64,000 bases of DNA from Neoconidiobolus thromboides FSU 785 (taxonomy: Eukaryota; Fungi; Entomophthoromycota), in the NCBI GenBank assembly GCA_025603075.1, contig MU626372.1, positions 1-64,000 of the forward strand, written 5' to 3'. The position numbers and the translations under genes are program-made. The notes under the pieces are model-generated. The model saw nothing but the letters and a program-made list of their open reading frames with translations. It ran no database searches and was not told where the DNA came from. The first letter of the stretch is position 1; each line of letters opens with the position of its first letter. This document shows positions 62,485 to 64,000 of the stretch, one piece after another.

Positions 62485-62581
62485 GGGGATGTATTTTTTT
62501 GTTTAAGAATTTTATTAACAATCTTTCCACTCAAATAGCGCTTAAAAAATGGAAAAGTAATGAAATAAAAAAAACGTCGCC
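62485..62581 (+). mobile_element. MITE family copy
   Basis: GGGGATGT...CGTCGCC; ATAT/ATAT flanks. Confidence 0.88.
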
Positions 62582-62619
62582 ATATATGTGCTTAATATTA
62601 TGAAATCTGGTACTCAGTG

Positions 62620-62920
62620 GTTGGATTCAAGAGCAATTTTTGCTTAATTGCTTAATTGACTAGTTATAAGTTGAGAGGCCTTAATCTATGTAGTTAAGAT
62701 AGACTTAAGTTGTGAAGAATAGGACGTAATATGCTACGGACTATGTAAGACAAATAGAATAGACAGTACTACTATAAAATCTATGTAAAATACTATCAGA
62801 AAGATTTGGTGGCTTTATTAAAGATATGATACCGGGGAATAATTCAGTTAAAAAGCCTTATGTTATTATGTTGAAGAATCTCTTTTATACTCCGACAAGT
62901 ATGGACACCAAAACAAGAGA
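62620..62920 (+). mobile_element. possible decayed CACTA/Tnp2-like transposase fragment
   Basis: ERFGGFIKDMI...KKPYVIML resembles the MERxxGxxK...PY region of such transposases; weak. Confidence 0.2.
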
Positions 62921-63238
62921 ATGATGTTCTTTGCAGTGGGAAGTTAGAAATTCTCGCATCAAATCAAAATAAAAGGATTGGGATTGATTGCGTCTAAACT
63001 CGAGAACACAATGACTCAAGTAATTGTTATGTTATAATCAATCATAGAGCTGATAAAGTGACATTTTACAATATGCAACCAAAAAAAGTTATACAAGTTG
63101 CATAAATTCTATATTAATACTTAAAAAAGCATATCTAATAAAATTATTAAAAAATCAAATAATAGAAGTTATATAATGATTTTAAACTATTACAATAGAC
63201 AGGCTATATCAGTATTAAAGTTAAGTATTTTATATTTA

Positions 63239-63468
63239 AAAATAATAAAATAATAAAATAATAAAATAATAAAATAATAAAATAATAAAATAATAAAATA
63301 ATANNNNNNNNNNNNNNNNNNNNNNNNNNNNNNNNNNNNNNNNNNNNNNNNNNNNNNNNNNNNNNNNNNNNNNNNNNNNNNNNNNNNNNNNNNNNNNNNN
63401 NNNAAAATAATAAAATAATAAAATAATAAAATAATAAAATAATAAAATAATAAAATAATAAAATAATA
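63239..63468. repeat. (AAAATAAT)n 8-mer microsatellite spanning a 100-N assembly gap (63304-63403)
   Basis: Seen directly. Confidence 0.95.
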
Positions 63469-64000
63469 GGCAAGTTTATTCTGATTACTTATCTGAAATA
63501 TTAAGCTATAATTCGGTATGTAAAGAAAACTGTTTAATTAATCAAATGTTTGAGTTTTTATTTAAAAACTTTATAAAAATTGATATAAAAGTAAATATAA
63601 GTAGATATAGGAAATTATGTTAAACTTCAAAAGTTCCTATATTGTATATTTAAAAAAGTTATAAAACAATAGTTCAAATATTAATATTGATTTTTTTATC
63701 AAACATTGTAAAAAGAAATAATCGGCGAACATTTTGAGAAAACTTTATAATAGAAAAATAGTTTTGAAGTATTAAGTAAAAAAAATATTAATTGATTAAT
63801 TCCAAAGTTGAGATTTTTGTTTATGAACGCAATAAAATTAACAACTTAACATTTAATAATAAGAAAACAGATATAACTTTTTAAAAGTATTTCCATTTTA
63901 TTAAGCACAATAAAGTACCTTATTATCTAGTATCTGATAAATCAAAAAATAGTGATATAATTTCAATTGAAATTATGAAGTCTATAGAAAATAGAAGAAC

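Overview
Very AT-rich eukaryotic (fungal) genomic DNA with short (~50 nt) GT-AG introns. Gene content and composition suggest an early-diverging fungus, possibly Entomophthoromycota/Conidiobolus-like (inference only). Housekeeping genes: PHO85-type CDK, KIN1/MARK-like kinase, mitochondrial phosphate carrier (MIR1), two tandem inorganic pyrophosphatases, proteasome alpha-5 (PUP2) and a cytochrome P450. Cell-surface or secreted genes: two inverted GH72 glucanosyltransferases, Ser-rich GPI-type proteins, a kelch-like membrane protein plus its pseudogene, and a Pro-rich repeat protein. The most notable items are five. (1) A family of three intact genes plus one relic encoding secreted precursors of tandem ...QSGIH-RR peptide repeats (predicted Kex2 processing) fused to a Cys/Gly/Trp/Asn-rich tail, with conserved GATA/TATA promoters. 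(2) About 24 copies of a ~98-bp TIR element with 4-bp ANNT target-site duplications (Sola-like MITE hypothesis). (3) A spliced atypical Rho/Ras GTPase with G12S/Q61K-equivalent substitutions and a CaaX box. (4) A 607-aa orphan with terpene-cyclase-like motifs. (5) Inverted paralog pairs showing apparent gene-conversion tracts. No rRNA, intact tRNA or CRISPR array was seen. All gene models were spliced and translated by eye.
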